DNA of 64,000 nt from an uncultured bacterium (GCA_965531145.1 CBESOE010000009.1:828-64827), one strand, 5' to 3'. Counted from the stretch's first letter, positions 8,327 through 18,272 are shown. Numbers and translations are program-made. The notes: generated by a model from the sequence alone, not told the origin.

Positions 8327-9647
8327 CCGGCAATAAGACGTAGCGCAGGATGAAGAGCAGGGCCACCAGGTAGAGCAGCCAGCTCACCCGCCGGCCCCGG
8401 CCGGAGAGGAGCATGATCAGCGGGTAAGCGATGAAGCCCAGGGCCAGCCCGTCGGAGATGCTGAAGCAGAAGGGGATGCCGGCCAGGATCAGGAAGGCCG
8501 AGATGCCCTCCGCCGGCTCCTTCCAGTCGATGCCGGTGACCCCGCGGATCATCATCGCCCCCACCACCACCAGCGCCGGCGCCGTGATCGGCGGGTAGGT
8601 GCCCACCATGGCGGCCAGGGGCGTGAAGAAGAGCGCCAGCAGGAAGAGCAGACCGGTGACCACGCTGGCCAGCCCGGTGCGTCCACCCTGCTCCACCCCC
8701 ACCGCGCTCTCGGCGTAGGTGGTCACGGTGCTGGTGCCCATGCAGGCGCCGGCCACCGTGCCCACCGCATCGGCCATCAACGCCCGGTTGGCCCGGGGAA
8801 GTTTGTTGTCACGCATGAACCCGCCCTGCTGTCCCACCCCCACCAGGGTGCCCACGGTGTCGAACATGTCCATGAAGAGGAAGATGATAATGAAGGGCAG
8901 GAAGCGAAGGTCAAAAGCAGCCACCAGATCGAAACCGAAAATCGCGTGATCTTTGGGAACCCCCAGCAGCCCCTCGAACTTCACCTTGCCGCAGATCATC
9001 GCCAACATGGTGGACGCCAGCAGGGCCCAGAGCACCGCTCCCCGCACCCGGAGGGCCATCAGCACCCCGGTGAGCAGCAGACCGAAGAGGAAGACCAGCA
9101 GGTCGGCGGAGAAGAGGTCGGGGTTCATGGTCAGCCCGGTGGCCGGCGACTGCACCACCAGCCCGGCATTCTGCAGACCGATGAGGGCGATGAACAGGCC
9201 GATGCCGGCGGCGATCCCCGACTTCAGACCCGGCGGGATGGCGGTGATCACCGCCTCCCTGACCCGCAGCAGGTTGAGCAGAAAAAAGAGGATGCCGGAG
9301 ATGAGCACGATGCCCATGGCCACCCGCCAGGAGTTGGCCACCCCCATGGCGGTGAGCGACATGATCACGGTGACGAAGAAGTAGTTCTCCCCCATCCCCG
9401 GCGCCAAAGCAAAGGGGTAGTTGGCCCAAAGGCCCATGATCATGGTGGCCAGAAAGGCAGAGAGACAGGTGGCCAGCATCACCGCATCGGCGGACAGCCC
9501 GGTGGGATTCCCGGCAAAGTCGGTGGAGAGCACCGCCGGCTGGAGAAAGATGATGTAGGACATGGTGATGAAGGTCGCCACCCCGGCGCCCACCTCGGTG
9601 CGCACTGTGGTGCCCGCCTCACGCAGCCCGAAAAACCGTTCCAGCAT
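8319..9647 (-). CDS. NCS2 family nucleobase permease (AzgA-like guanine/hypoxanthine/adenine permease).
   Basis: GGAGG RBS 5 nt before ATG 9647 (MLERFFGLREAGTTVRTEVGAGVATFITMSYII). About 12 TM helices typical of AzgA. Confidence 0.85.
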   Translation of the reverse strand: MLERFFGLREAGTTVRTEVGAGVATFITMSYIIFLQPAVLSTDFAGNPTGLSADAVMLATCLSAFLATMIMGLWANYPFALAPGMGENYFFVTVIMSLTAMGVANSWRVAMGIVLISGILFFLLNLLRVREAVITAIPPGLKSGIAAGIGLFIALIGLQNAGLVVQSPATGLTMNPDLFSADLLVFLFGLLLTGVLMALRVRGAVLWALLASTMLAMICGKVKFEGLLGVPKDHAIFGFDLVAAFDLRFLPFIIIFLFMDMFDTVGTLVGVGQQGGFMRDNKLPRANRALMADAVGTVAGACMGTSTVTTYAESAVGVEQGGRTGLASVVTGLLFLLALFFTPLAAMVGTYPPITAPALVVVGAMMIRGVTGIDWKEPAEGISAFLILAGIPFCFSISDGLALGFIAYPLIMLLSGRGRRVSWLLYLVALLFILRYVLLPVR

Positions 9648-9816
9648 GTCGTTCCTCCGGTAATCGGCGCCAGTATCCCGCCCGTCAACACGCAGTGTCA
9701 ACCCGCTCACCCAATTGATTCCCCCACACCCCCATGCTATTTTTGATCAAGGGGTTACTAACCAAACGGCGACCCGGCCAGCGCTCGAGACCGGTCCGCC
9801 GGCGGGGCTGGAGGGA

Positions 9817-12800
9817 ATGATGTCGCAAAGAGAGGGAAACCGTGCCAGCAGCCTCCCCGGTTCACCGGCGGTCTGGCTGCTCTCCCTCGCCCTCATACTG
9901 CTGCTTCCTGACCTGGCCCTGGGGTTCACCCTGCCGCTCCTGCTGGTCACCCTGTTGCCCGGGGTTCTCACCATGGCGGCCCTCTGGTTCCGGCGCGGCA
10001 GGCAGCGAAAGCCGGGGATGGCACTGTTGACGGCCCTGGTGGTCCTGCTGTTGCTGATCTCGGTCAGCGCCCGCCTCCTCCCGGATCCAGCCGCCGGAGA
10101 CCAGGCCACCGCAGCGGACCGCTCCGTTCTGGCGGAAGGGGCCCAGGCCGACTTCAACCGGCTCTTCGGCAGTCTCTCCTCCATCTCCGCGGTGCTGGCC
10201 CGGGACGAGACAGTTCACCGGGTTCTCACCCGTCAGGGAAACGCCGTGGAGGACCGGATGGTGCTCTTCGAGGCGGTCCGGGCAGCACTGGGTGAAGCGG
10301 ACAGCGAGAGCACGGCCGGCATCACCCTCTACGACCGCAACGGTGTACCGCTGGCCTGGGCCGGACAGGCCTCCAGCCTCGAACCGCAGTTGCTGGCCCG
10401 GGCACCGCTCAGCCCGGTGGAGGGGCAGGCGCGACGCTACACGCCGCAGTTCAGCATCCGCCGATACAACCGTCTGGCCTCACGGCTGTATTGCATCCAT
10501 CCCTTTGTGCTCACTCCCCCGGGCACCGATCCTGGTGGCGGGGTCAGGGCCGGGTTCCCGGAACAGACCGAGACGCTGTTCGCGGTGAGCGAGCGTCTGC
10601 TGGACACCGGCCGGGGCCGGTTCCGTCGCACCCTGATCGGCGGGTTCTTCCCGGCCTCCCTGGAAGCCGCCGCCCGGGAGGACGGCATCGAGCTGCAGTA
10701 CCAGCTCCTGCCGGTGGAGTTCTCCGGGGCGGAGGACGGTTTCCGGATGGCGGACACAGCTTTCCGCTTCCCCATCACCTTTCCCGACGGGACCATGCTG
10801 GGTGAACTGGCCATCCAGCAGGGGGAGGGTGAAAAACCGGGGACACTGTCACCGATACGAGAGGGTCTGGCGCTGCTGGGCGGTCTGCTCACCGCTTTGG
10901 CGGCCCTGCTGGCCGGCCTGGGTGCGGCCCGGCGATCATTCATCACCGAGGCCAGCCCGGGGGCAACCGGGTCACGGGCGGCCCTTGCCGTGGTCGCGGC
11001 CCTGCTGCTGCGCAGCATTCCCAACTGGCCCTCCATCCGGCCGGCACTGCCGGAGTGGCAGCTGCTGGAACCGGTCTATCTCTCGCTGGAGACATCACTG
11101 AAATGGCTGGGGTCACCGCTGGACTTTCTGGCCAGCAGCCTGGTCTTTTTCACCATTGCCGGGTATGCCGCCCTGCTGGCGTGGCACCACCGGCGGGCAC
11201 TGCTCTCCACCACCGCCCCTGGCGGGTGGGCGCGGATCGTCCCGGCATCGCTGCTCCATGGCGGCCTGGTACTGGCCCTGCACCTGCTGGTGGCCGCGGT
11301 GGTGATCCGCGCACCGGCAGAAATAACCAGTTTCGGCCGCCTGCTGGGGCCCGACCCGGTGACCGCCATCCGCAACGGGCTGATCCTCTTCGCCCTGGGT
11401 GTGGCCCTGGCCGGCTCCGCCCTGGCGCTGCGGGCCGCGGCACTGCGCACCCCGGCGGCCCTGCTGGCCTGGATGCTCCCCGGACCGCTGCTGCTGGCCG
11501 CGGCCACCTGGCTGGGGTCGAAGGTCACGGTGCCGGCCGCCGGTTCCGAAGACGCTGTGTTCGGGCTCACCGCCGCCCTCGACGTCTCCTGTCTCACCGC
11601 CCTGGTGCTCTTCCACCTCCTGCCCCTGCTGGTGGCTGCTGGTGCGCTGCAGCCGCCGAAGGACGCCGGTTCCCGTATCCCCCATGCCGCCATCCCGGCA
11701 CTCTTCTCGCTGCTGCTGCTCCCGGCGCTGCTCTTCCAGTTCGTGGTCACCCACCACATTGAACTGGCCCGGGAGCGCTACATCGGACGGGAACTGGTGG
11801 AGGAGGTGGCGCGGATGGGAGAGCACCGGGCCTCCCTGCTGGATCAGGCCTTCGAGCAGGCGGAGACGAGGATACAGCCGCTGGCCGCCCGGCTGGTGGC
11901 CGGCCAGCCTTCGGACATCCCGGGCCTGGCCTACAGTTTCTGGTCCGAGACCCTGATCTCCGAACTGGGCTACGGCTCTTCGGTGGAGGTTTTCGGCGAC
12001 GAGGGCAACCTGGTCAGCGGCTTCTCCTACGAACTGCCGAAGAAGGGTATCGAGGCGGTGGAACTGACCCGGCTGGCCACCGAGGAAACGGCAGAGGGGG
12101 TCATGCAGCTGGGCAACCGCCGCCTTGTCGTGCTCTCCCGCAGCGAGGAGCTGCGCTGGCAGGAACGCTCGGTGGGCACCCTGGTGCTCACCGTCACCGT
12201 GGATTACGCCGACCTCAGTTTCCTCGCCCGGCCCAACCCCTACCGGGAGATGCTCTCCCCGCTCCCCTCCCCGGGGCTCCTGCAGCGGCAGTCCCTGGGC
12301 GACAACCCGTTCCTCACCGTCTTCTCCGGCGGCGACGGCCGGGTCCTCTACTCGTCCCGGGGTGACAGCCCCACTGTGTCCCCGCGGATCATCTCCGATC
12401 TGCAGCTCCTTCCCGACCAGGTGCGCTGGCAGGAGATGACCTTCAGGGACGGTCCGCACCGGGTGGCCTGGTTCGGCGATACCGGGGATCGGATCTTCGC
12501 TCTGGGCTACCCGGTGCGCTCCCTCCGCGACCAGGTGGTGCAGTGGCTGCGCCTGCTGCTGGCCTGCCTGGTGCTGCCCCTGCCGCCGGTGCTCCTGCTG
12601 CTGCTGCTCCGGCTCAGCGCCGGGGGCGGCCGCGTCTCCCTGGGTTCGCTGTTGGCCCCCACCGCACCCAGCTACTACCGCAAGATCCTCGCCGCGCTGC
12701 TGGCGGTGGTGATCCTGCCCCTGGGCCTGCTCTCCTTCCTGGTTACCCGCACCATGGGCAGTTCGCTGGAGGACCAGCTGAGGGTGCAGGGCCAGCAGTC

Positions 12801-14520
12801 GCTGAACTCCGCCCGCCGCCTGGTGGAGGATTTTCTCAGCACGCTGGACCAGGGGGAGACCCTGGACGACGTGCTCACCGACGACTTCCTCATCTGGGTC
12901 AGCCGGCTGGTGGACCAGGACCTCAACGTCTACCTCGGCAGCACCCTGGCCGCCACCAGCCGCCGGGAGCTCTTCTCCATCGGGCTGTTGCCCGACCGCC
13001 TGGAAGGCCCGGTCTACCTCGACCTCGACGTGCGGGGCCGCACCTTTCACGAGTCGCGGCGCAGCCTGGGCAGCGACCGCTACCTGGTGCTCTCCACGCC
13101 GGTGCAGCTGCCCGGTTCCTCGCTGATGCCGGCGGTGCTCTCCACACCGCTGATGGCCCAACAGCAGCGCACCGACCGGGCCCTGGCCCAGCTCAACGGT
13201 TCGGTGCTGCTGGCCTTCTTCCTGCTGCTGGTCATCGCCCTGCTGGTGACCTGGCCGCTGGCCCAGCGGATCACCGCCCCGATCAGGACCCTGGTCCAGG
13301 GCACTTCGCAGATCGCCGAAGGCCACCTGGACACCCGTATCGAAACCCGTTCCCGGGACGAAATCAAGACACTGGTGGACGCCTTCAACACCATGGCGGA
13401 GAATCTTCAGACCCAGCGCGAAGCGCTGGAGCGGCGGCGCGACTACATCGAAAAAATCCTGGCCAATGCTGCCACCGGCGTCATCTCGCTCAACGAGCAG
13501 GGACGGATCACCACCATCAACCCCGCCGGCCTGCGGCTGCTGGGCCTGGAGCAGACCCACGGCCCCCTGGGCCGGCGGATCACCGACCTGCTCTCCCAGC
13601 GACCCGAACTGGGCAGCATGCTGGACACCGTGGAACGCTACCTCCGCCAGCCGGCGGACGCGGAGCGGCGGCCCAACCAGCCGGTGCGGGAGGAAGAAGT
13701 GCGCATCCCCGCCAGCGGGGAAGCCGAAGAGGAGGAGCGGCTGCTGCACCTGGTCTTCGCCCCCCTGGGCAGCGACGAAGACCAGGGACCCCGGGGGACG
13801 ATCATTGTCTACGAGGACATCTCGGGTCTGCTCCGTGCCAACCGGCTCAAGGCCTGGACCGAGATGTCACGGCGCATCGCCCACGAGATCAAGAACCCGC
13901 TGACCCCGATCCAGCTGCACATGGAGCACCTGCTGCGGGTTCACCGGGACGGCGAACCGGGATTCGGCAAGACGCTGGAACTGAGCATCGACACGGTGCT
14001 GAAGAAGGTGGCGGAACTGCGGCAGATCGCCATCGAGTTCTCCGACTTCTCGCGTCACCTGGAACTGGAGTCGGAGCCTGGCGTGGACCCGGCGGCGCTG
14101 GTGGATGAGGTGCTCGCCCCGTACCGCAGCAGCCTGCCCGCCGAGCTGACCCTGGACCTGGAGTCCGACGGGTCGCTGCCCGCGGTGGCCGTGGACACCA
14201 GGCTGATCAAACGGGCCCTGGTGAACATCGTCGAGAACGCCATCCAGTCCATGGAGGAAAGCGGCGGGTCGATCAAAGTGAAGCTGTCGCGGCTGGAACC
14301 GGGCTCGGTGGCCATCGCGGTCACCGACAGCGGCCCGGGAATGGACCGCGAGACCCTGGACAAGCTCTTCGAACCCTATTTCTCCACCAAGAACACCGGC
14401 ACCGGCCTGGGGATGGCCATTGCCCGGCGGACCATCGCCGACCACGGCGGCCGCATCCTGGCCGAGAGCGAGCCGGGCACGGGTACCACCATCACCATCA
14501 TTCTGCCCACCGAAGAATAA
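9817..14520 (+). CDS. Very large membrane sensor histidine kinase (~1568 aa) with HAMP, PAS, HisKA and HATPase_c domains.
   Basis: 12-14 predicted TM helices with two large non-cytoplasmic domains. Then HAMP (ITAPIRTLVQGTSQIAEGHLDTRIETRSRDEIKTLVDAFNTMAENL), PAS (ANAATGVISLNEQGRITTINPAGLRLLGL), H-box (MSRRIAHEIKNPLTPIQL), N/G boxes (IVENAIQSM...DSGPGM...GTGLGMAIAR). Start could be 9817 or 9820, after GGAGG. Confidence 0.85.
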   Translation: MMSQREGNRASSLPGSPAVWLLSLALILLLPDLALGFTLPLLLVTLLPGVLTMAALWFRRGRQRKPGMALLTALVVLLLLISVSARLLPDPAAGDQATAADRSVLAEGAQADFNRLFGSLSSISAVLARDETVHRVLTRQGNAVEDRMVLFEAVRAALGEADSESTAGITLYDRNGVPLAWAGQASSLEPQLLARAPLSPVEGQARRYTPQFSIRRYNRLASRLYCIHPFVLTPPGTDPGGGVRAGFPEQTETLFAVSERLLDTGRGRFRRTLIGGFFPASLEAAAREDGIELQYQLLPVEFSGAEDGFRMADTAFRFPITFPDGTMLGELAIQQGEGEKPGTLSPIREGLALLGGLLTALAALLAGLGAARRSFITEASPGATGSRAALAVVAALLLRSIPNWPSIRPALPEWQLLEPVYLSLETSLKWLGSPLDFLASSLVFFTIAGYAALLAWHHRRALLSTTAPGGWARIVPASLLHGGLVLALHLLVAAVVIRAPAEITSFGRLLGPDPVTAIRNGLILFALGVALAGSALALRAAALRTPAALLAWMLPGPLLLAAATWLGSKVTVPAAGSEDAVFGLTAALDVSCLTALVLFHLLPLLVAAGALQPPKDAGSRIPHAAIPALFSLLLLPALLFQFVVTHHIELARERYIGRELVEEVARMGEHRASLLDQAFEQAETRIQPLAARLVAGQPSDIPGLAYSFWSETLISELGYGSSVEVFGDEGNLVSGFSYELPKKGIEAVELTRLATEETAEGVMQLGNRRLVVLSRSEELRWQERSVGTLVLTVTVDYADLSFLARPNPYREMLSPLPSPGLLQRQSLGDNPFLTVFSGGDGRVLYSSRGDSPTVSPRIISDLQLLPDQVRWQEMTFRDGPHRVAWFGDTGDRIFALGYPVRSLRDQVVQWLRLLLACLVLPLPPVLLLLLLRLSAGGGRVSLGSLLAPTAPSYYRKILAALLAVVILPLGLLSFLVTRTMGSSLEDQLRVQGQQSLNSARRLVEDFLSTLDQGETLDDVLTDDFLIWVSRLVDQDLNVYLGSTLAATSRRELFSIGLLPDRLEGPVYLDLDVRGRTFHESRRSLGSDRYLVLSTPVQLPGSSLMPAVLSTPLMAQQQRTDRALAQLNGSVLLAFFLLLVIALLVTWPLAQRITAPIRTLVQGTSQIAEGHLDTRIETRSRDEIKTLVDAFNTMAENLQTQREALERRRDYIEKILANAATGVISLNEQGRITTINPAGLRLLGLEQTHGPLGRRITDLLSQRPELGSMLDTVERYLRQPADAERRPNQPVREEEVRIPASGEAEEEERLLHLVFAPLGSDEDQGPRGTIIVYEDISGLLRANRLKAWTEMSRRIAHEIKNPLTPIQLHMEHLLRVHRDGEPGFGKTLELSIDTVLKKVAELRQIAIEFSDFSRHLELESEPGVDPAALVDEVLAPYRSSLPAELTLDLESDGSLPAVAVDTRLIKRALVNIVENAIQSMEESGGSIKVKLSRLEPGSVAIAVTDSGPGMDRETLDKLFEPYFSTKNTGTGLGMAIARRTIADHGGRILAESEPGTGTTITIILPTEE

Positions 14521-14521
14521 G

Positions 14522-14591
14522 AAATTGGGGACGGTTACCTATTTCATTAAGACAATATTGTACGTACCTAATAGGTAACCGTCCCCAATTT
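14522..14591. terminator. Long perfect hairpin. It is a probable bidirectional intrinsic terminator between the histidine kinase (+) and the convergent secreted-protein gene (-).
   Basis: 22-bp perfect inverted repeat AAATTGGGGACGGTTACCTATT / AATAGGTAACCGTCCCCAATTT flanking a 26-nt AT-rich loop. The loop itself contains palindromes ACAATATTGT and GTACGTAC. Confidence 0.6.
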
Positions 14592-14638
14592 CCCAATTTC
14601 CTCGGGTCAGGGGCTCGCAATGGCAGGTCAGTGGTGTG

Positions 14639-15421
14639 CTAATACGACTCGTAGGTTTCGTCCGCGTCGTTGGCCTTGCGGTGCCCCACCCAGTCACCGC
14701 TGATGATGCCCCCCGAGGAGAGTTCAAACATCTGCCAGGTGCCGTTGAGGGTTTCGGTAGTGTAGGAGTAGGCCGCTTCCAGCACCGAGTGGTTTCCCAC
14801 CCGGTTGTCACGGCGGATGATCCGCAGCTTGCCGTCGGCGAAGGTTCCTTCGAGGGTGCCCCGGTCACCGGCTTCCAGCAGGTATTCCCCCACCACCTCC
14901 GGTCCGGTCTGGGACAGGACGAAGATGCCGGTATCGCCCACCGGCATCAGGCTCACTTCCCAGACCCCGTTCAGCGGCCCCTGTCCCTCGATCTGGTCTT
15001 CCCCGAGGCTGCCGAGGCTCGACTCCACGGCGGTGATCAGCCGCACCCGTTCGGTGATCCGGTCACGGATCCGCTGGCTCTCGTAGAGCATGGAGTTGAA
15101 GCGGGCCACCAGGTCCTGCAGTTCCCGCTCCTCCTGGGCCATTTCGATGGGATTGATACTTTTGGGGTCGGCCAGCACCATGCGGTCGATGACCGCACGC
15201 TTGCTGGTAATACCGTAGAGGGTCTCCTGCCAGATCTTCTGCAGTTCCGCGTAGGCTTTGACATCCTCTTCGAGGTGGCTCTGAGCGATGCGCCGTTCGA
15301 TCTCCAGGCTGTCCATGGTGGAGCGGTAGTTTGTGGAGGAAAGGCCCTGGGCGACGGCACTGCCGGCCACCAGTTGCAGAGCGAGCAGGATGGCGAACAG
15401 GATCCAGATCTTCCTCATCAT
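14639..15421 (-). CDS. Hypothetical secreted protein with signal peptide and coiled-coil N-terminal half. It is translationally coupled to pssA.
   Basis: MMRKIWILFAILLALQLVAGSAVA signal peptide. Its ATG overlaps the pssA stop (ATGA). It is the last gene of the tsaB-DUF465-psd-pssA gene string. Confidence 0.6.
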   Translation of the reverse strand: MMRKIWILFAILLALQLVAGSAVAQGLSSTNYRSTMDSLEIERRIAQSHLEEDVKAYAELQKIWQETLYGITSKRAVIDRMVLADPKSINPIEMAQEERELQDLVARFNSMLYESQRIRDRITERVRLITAVESSLGSLGEDQIEGQGPLNGVWEVSLMPVGDTGIFVLSQTGPEVVGEYLLEAGDRGTLEGTFADGKLRIIRRDNRVGNHSVLEAAYSYTTETLNGTWQMFELSSGGIISGDWVGHRKANDADETYESY

Positions 15422-16338
15422 TCCCCCCCTTTTTCCGAAGTCTTCGAACTGCTCAACACACCAGGATCAGTGGCTTCCGCATCCCCTTCCCCACTCCGGC
15501 GCCGCTTCAGCCAGGGCAGCGATCCCAGGCGGCGCAGAATCCCGGAGAAGAGGTAGATCAGGGACAGGCCCAGCAGCACCACCTGCGGCGCGGCCGCCAC
15601 CGCCACCAGCACCAGGCCCACCAGCACCACGAAGATGTAGGGACGCCGGTTCTTCATGCCGAGTTTCTTGAAGCTGGCGTATTTGAAATTGCTGACCATC
15701 AGGTAGGAGATGGCCACACTCACCACCATGATGGCGATGGCCACCCGCAGGTCGGTCACCGGCCGCGGAATGGCAAAGACCAGGGCGGCGAAAAAACAGG
15801 CCGCCGCCGGTGTGGGCATGCCCATGAAAAAACGGGGGTCGGTGGAACCGGAATCGACCCGGATATTGAAGCGGGCCAGCCGGGCCGAGCAGCAGACGAG
15901 AATGATGAAGGCGGTGAGCCAGCCCACCCGGCCCAGGGACTGCAGGCCCCAGACGTAGATCAGCAGCGAGGGGGCCATGCCAAAGGAGACGATGTCGGCC
16001 AGGGAGTCGAACTCCACCCCGAACTGGCTGGTGGCATTGGCCAGCCGGGCCACCCGGCCGTCCAGCGCGTCCAGCAGGGCGGCGATACCGATGAAGACCG
16101 CCGAGAGGGAGAGGCTCCACGGGCCGGGGCCGTCCCCGCTGGGCCAGGCGAGGCAGTGCATGGTGGAGATGATGGACATGAAGCCCATGAAGAGGTTGGA
16201 GACAGTGAAGAAACCGGGGAGCAGGTAGATCCCGCGCTTGAACCGGCGATTGGATCGCCCGGCATCGCGGCTTGACCGGCGTTTTCTTTTCCGCGGCCGC
16301 TTCTGGCCCTTGCTGCTGCCGGTCTGTTCCGCAACCAT
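15418..16338 (-). CDS. pssA: CDP-diacylglycerol--serine O-phosphatidyltransferase (CDP-alcohol phosphatidyltransferase family).
   Basis: DALDGRVARL...GVEFDSLADIVSFG CDP-alcohol phosphotransferase motif. Multi-TM protein with a basic N-terminal tail. AGGAG RBS before ATG 16338. Confidence 0.85.
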   Translation of the reverse strand: MVAEQTGSSKGQKRPRKRKRRSSRDAGRSNRRFKRGIYLLPGFFTVSNLFMGFMSIISTMHCLAWPSGDGPGPWSLSLSAVFIGIAALLDALDGRVARLANATSQFGVEFDSLADIVSFGMAPSLLIYVWGLQSLGRVGWLTAFIILVCCSARLARFNIRVDSGSTDPRFFMGMPTPAAACFFAALVFAIPRPVTDLRVAIAIMVVSVAISYLMVSNFKYASFKKLGMKNRRPYIFVVLVGLVLVAVAAAPQVVLLGLSLIYLFSGILRRLGSLPWLKRRRSGEGDAEATDPGVLSSSKTSEKGGE

Positions 16339-16352
16339 CACAGTCTCCTGAC

Positions 16353-17027
16353 TCAGTCCGTTGCCTGCCGGCGGCGGGCGATGACGCTGGATCCGCCGCT
16401 CACCTTGTCACCGGGGGCCACGGCGATGTCGAACCCCGGTGGTATGAGTATCTCCGTCCGGGAGCCGAACCGGATCAAACCCACCCGCTCGCCGCGCCGG
16501 ACCCGATCACCGGGCTTTTTGTAGCAGGCGATCCGCCTGGCGATCAGCCCCGCGATCTGGGTGAAGGGAATCAATTCCCCGGCCGGATCCTCGTCCGACA
16601 GCAGGCCGATGCGGTTTCGTTCGTTCTCGGTGGAGGCTTCGGACTTGAATGCCGACAGAAACTTTCCCGCGGTATAGTCCACGCTCTCCACCGTCCCCGC
16701 CACCGGCGCCCGGTTGACGTGGACATTGAACACGGAGAGGAACACCGCCACCCTGGTGTAGCCGCCGCAGGGCAGGCCCGGTTCGTTGATATCCGGCGCC
16801 ACCTCCACCACCCGGCCGTCCGCCGGGGACACAACCAGCCCCTGGTCCGCGGGAATCCGGCGCGCCGGGTCGCGGAAAAACCAGAGGACGAACAGCGCCA
16901 GCAGACCGCAGAGTACCGCCGCCCAGAATGGGGCGAATACTGCGACCAGCAGCGTCAGCGCCGCACCGCCGATGACAAAAGGCAGGCCCTCCGGGGCCAG
17001 CCGTCCTTTTTCCGACACCGTCTTCAC
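16353..17027 (-). CDS. psd: Phosphatidylserine decarboxylase, short archaeal/deltaproteobacterial-type proenzyme.
   Basis: FGSRTE pyruvoyl-forming serine motif; ~220 aa; GTG start with GGAG 6 nt upstream; immediately upstream of pssA. Confidence 0.8.
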   Translation of the reverse strand: MKTVSEKGRLAPEGLPFVIGGAALTLLVAVFAPFWAAVLCGLLALFVLWFFRDPARRIPADQGLVVSPADGRVVEVAPDINEPGLPCGGYTRVAVFLSVFNVHVNRAPVAGTVESVDYTAGKFLSAFKSEASTENERNRIGLLSDEDPAGELIPFTQIAGLIARRIACYKKPGDRVRRGERVGLIRFGSRTEILIPPGFDIAVAPGDKVSGGSSVIARRRQATD

Positions 17028-17056
17028 CCTTCAACTCCGGGAGTGGCCCCGGACTG

Positions 17057-17287
17057 CTATCCCAGGCTCTGGCTGTAGTGGGCCAGCCGGGCACCGATCA
17101 GGTCCTTGATGTGCAGCTTTTTCTTCTTCAGCGTCACCGTCTCCATCTTCTGCTCGGTGGTGAGGAGGATCTGCTGATCCAGGTCCTCGATCTGCTTGTC
17201 CAGCAACCGGTGCTTCTCCACCATGTGCTTGAACTCCGCGTCCTCCTCCATCAGTCTTGTTTTCATGTCGGCCGTGGTCGCAACCAT
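17057..17287 (-). CDS. DUF465 (YdcH-like) small coiled-coil protein.
   Basis: FKHMVEKHRLLDKQIEDLDQ...LKKKKLHIKDLI matches the DUF465 pattern. AGGAGG RBS 6 nt before ATG 17287. Confidence 0.7.
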   Translation of the reverse strand: MVATTADMKTRLMEEDAEFKHMVEKHRLLDKQIEDLDQQILLTTEQKMETVTLKKKKLHIKDLIGARLAHYSQSLG

Positions 17288-17328
17288 CGCGTTCCTCCTG
17301 TGTGGATTGCGGTCAGATACCTGTTGAA

Positions 17329-17357
17329 AATATAGCCTTTACCGCGCCCCGATGCAA
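17329..17357 (-). promoter_or_regulatory. Candidate sigma-70 promoter for the DUF465-psd-pssA transcription unit.
   Basis: Minus strand TTGCAT (17357-17352), 17-nt spacer, TATATT (17334-17329). Confidence 0.4.
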
Positions 17358-17403
17358 TTCCGAAACCCGGCACTTATCTATACGAAGATCAGCGGCCCAC
17401 GGT

Positions 17404-18138
17404 TTACCCGGGATTGCCGCCATTTTCCCCGGCCGTGCCGCCGCTGAGCATTTCAGCGTCGGAGGGCCGGACATAGACGGCCGCAAGGTCGGCCGGGTCC
17501 CCGGCCTGGCCGCCGGACTGCAACATCTCCAGGCCGATTCGGGCCACCTGGGGGGCGATGAAGCGGTCGGCCCCGGAGCTGCACGAATCGAAGCCGGACA
17601 GGGCCTCGGCGCCGCCCGGCAGCGACTCCGGCGGGTCGCCGGAAAACCAGACCCGCCGGTTGTCCGCGGCCTCGGCCACCCGGGCCAGCAGGGCCCCGGG
17701 CTGCTGCACCGCCGGTTCCACCAGCACCCGGGAGACGAATCCCCGGTCGCCGGTCTCGTAGAGTGCTCCGTAGAACTCACCCCGCCCGGCCTCCAGCAGC
17801 GGACAGACCAGTCCGTCCGGCACCCCGGCCCTCAGGGCCGAGGCCTCCAGGGTGGGCACGCCCACCGCGGGCAGCCCGGCGGCCAGGGCGATCCCCTGAA
17901 CCATGCCTATGCCGATACGCACCCCGGTGAACGATCCGGGCCCGCAGGCCACAGCCAGCCCCCCCAACTCTTCCGGACGAAGGGAAAGCTGTTCCAGCAG
18001 CCAGTGGATAGCGGGCAGCAGCCGCCGGGAATAGGATTCCGGCGACAGCAGGCTCACCGAAGCCACCAGTCCGCGGTCCGCTTCACTCAGCGCGATGCTG
18101 CCGTGATAGGTGGTGGTATCCACACCCAGAACCATCAT
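17404..18138 (-). CDS. tsaB: tRNA threonylcarbamoyladenosine biosynthesis protein TsaB (YeaZ-like, inactive Kae1 paralog).
   Basis: MMVLGVDTTTYHGSIAL...ACGPGSFTGVRIGIGMVQGIALAAGLPAVGV. GGAGG lies 10 nt before ATG 18138; the ORF-track start at 18147 is a GTG. Confidence 0.8.
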   Translation of the reverse strand: MMVLGVDTTTYHGSIALSEADRGLVASVSLLSPESYSRRLLPAIHWLLEQLSLRPEELGGLAVACGPGSFTGVRIGIGMVQGIALAAGLPAVGVPTLEASALRAGVPDGLVCPLLEAGRGEFYGALYETGDRGFVSRVLVEPAVQQPGALLARVAEAADNRRVWFSGDPPESLPGGAEALSGFDSCSSGADRFIAPQVARIGLEMLQSGGQAGDPADLAAVYVRPSDAEMLSGGTAGENGGNPG

Positions 18139-18272
18139 TTCCTGCACTCCTCCCTCTCAGCCGACGGGCGGCGGCGCACATCCCGTCGCCGTGAGGTCCA
18201 TTATTCCACCTGAATGGATATGATACACTCCACCGCGTTTCCATTGCTACTTTTGCTACTTTCCGGCGGCCA

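Noticed and set aside
6288-8336. 682-aa ORF on the + strand.
   Set aside because: Entirely antisense to the MetRS-like gene and the start of the GNAT region. Low-complexity Arg/Pro/Gly-rich translation typical of high-GC antisense frames. No RBS.
11113-13749. 878-aa ORF on the minus strand.
   Set aside because: Antisense to the histidine kinase. Composition is Gln/Gly/Arg/Pro-rich junk, whereas the + strand frame has clear HAMP/PAS/HisKA motifs.
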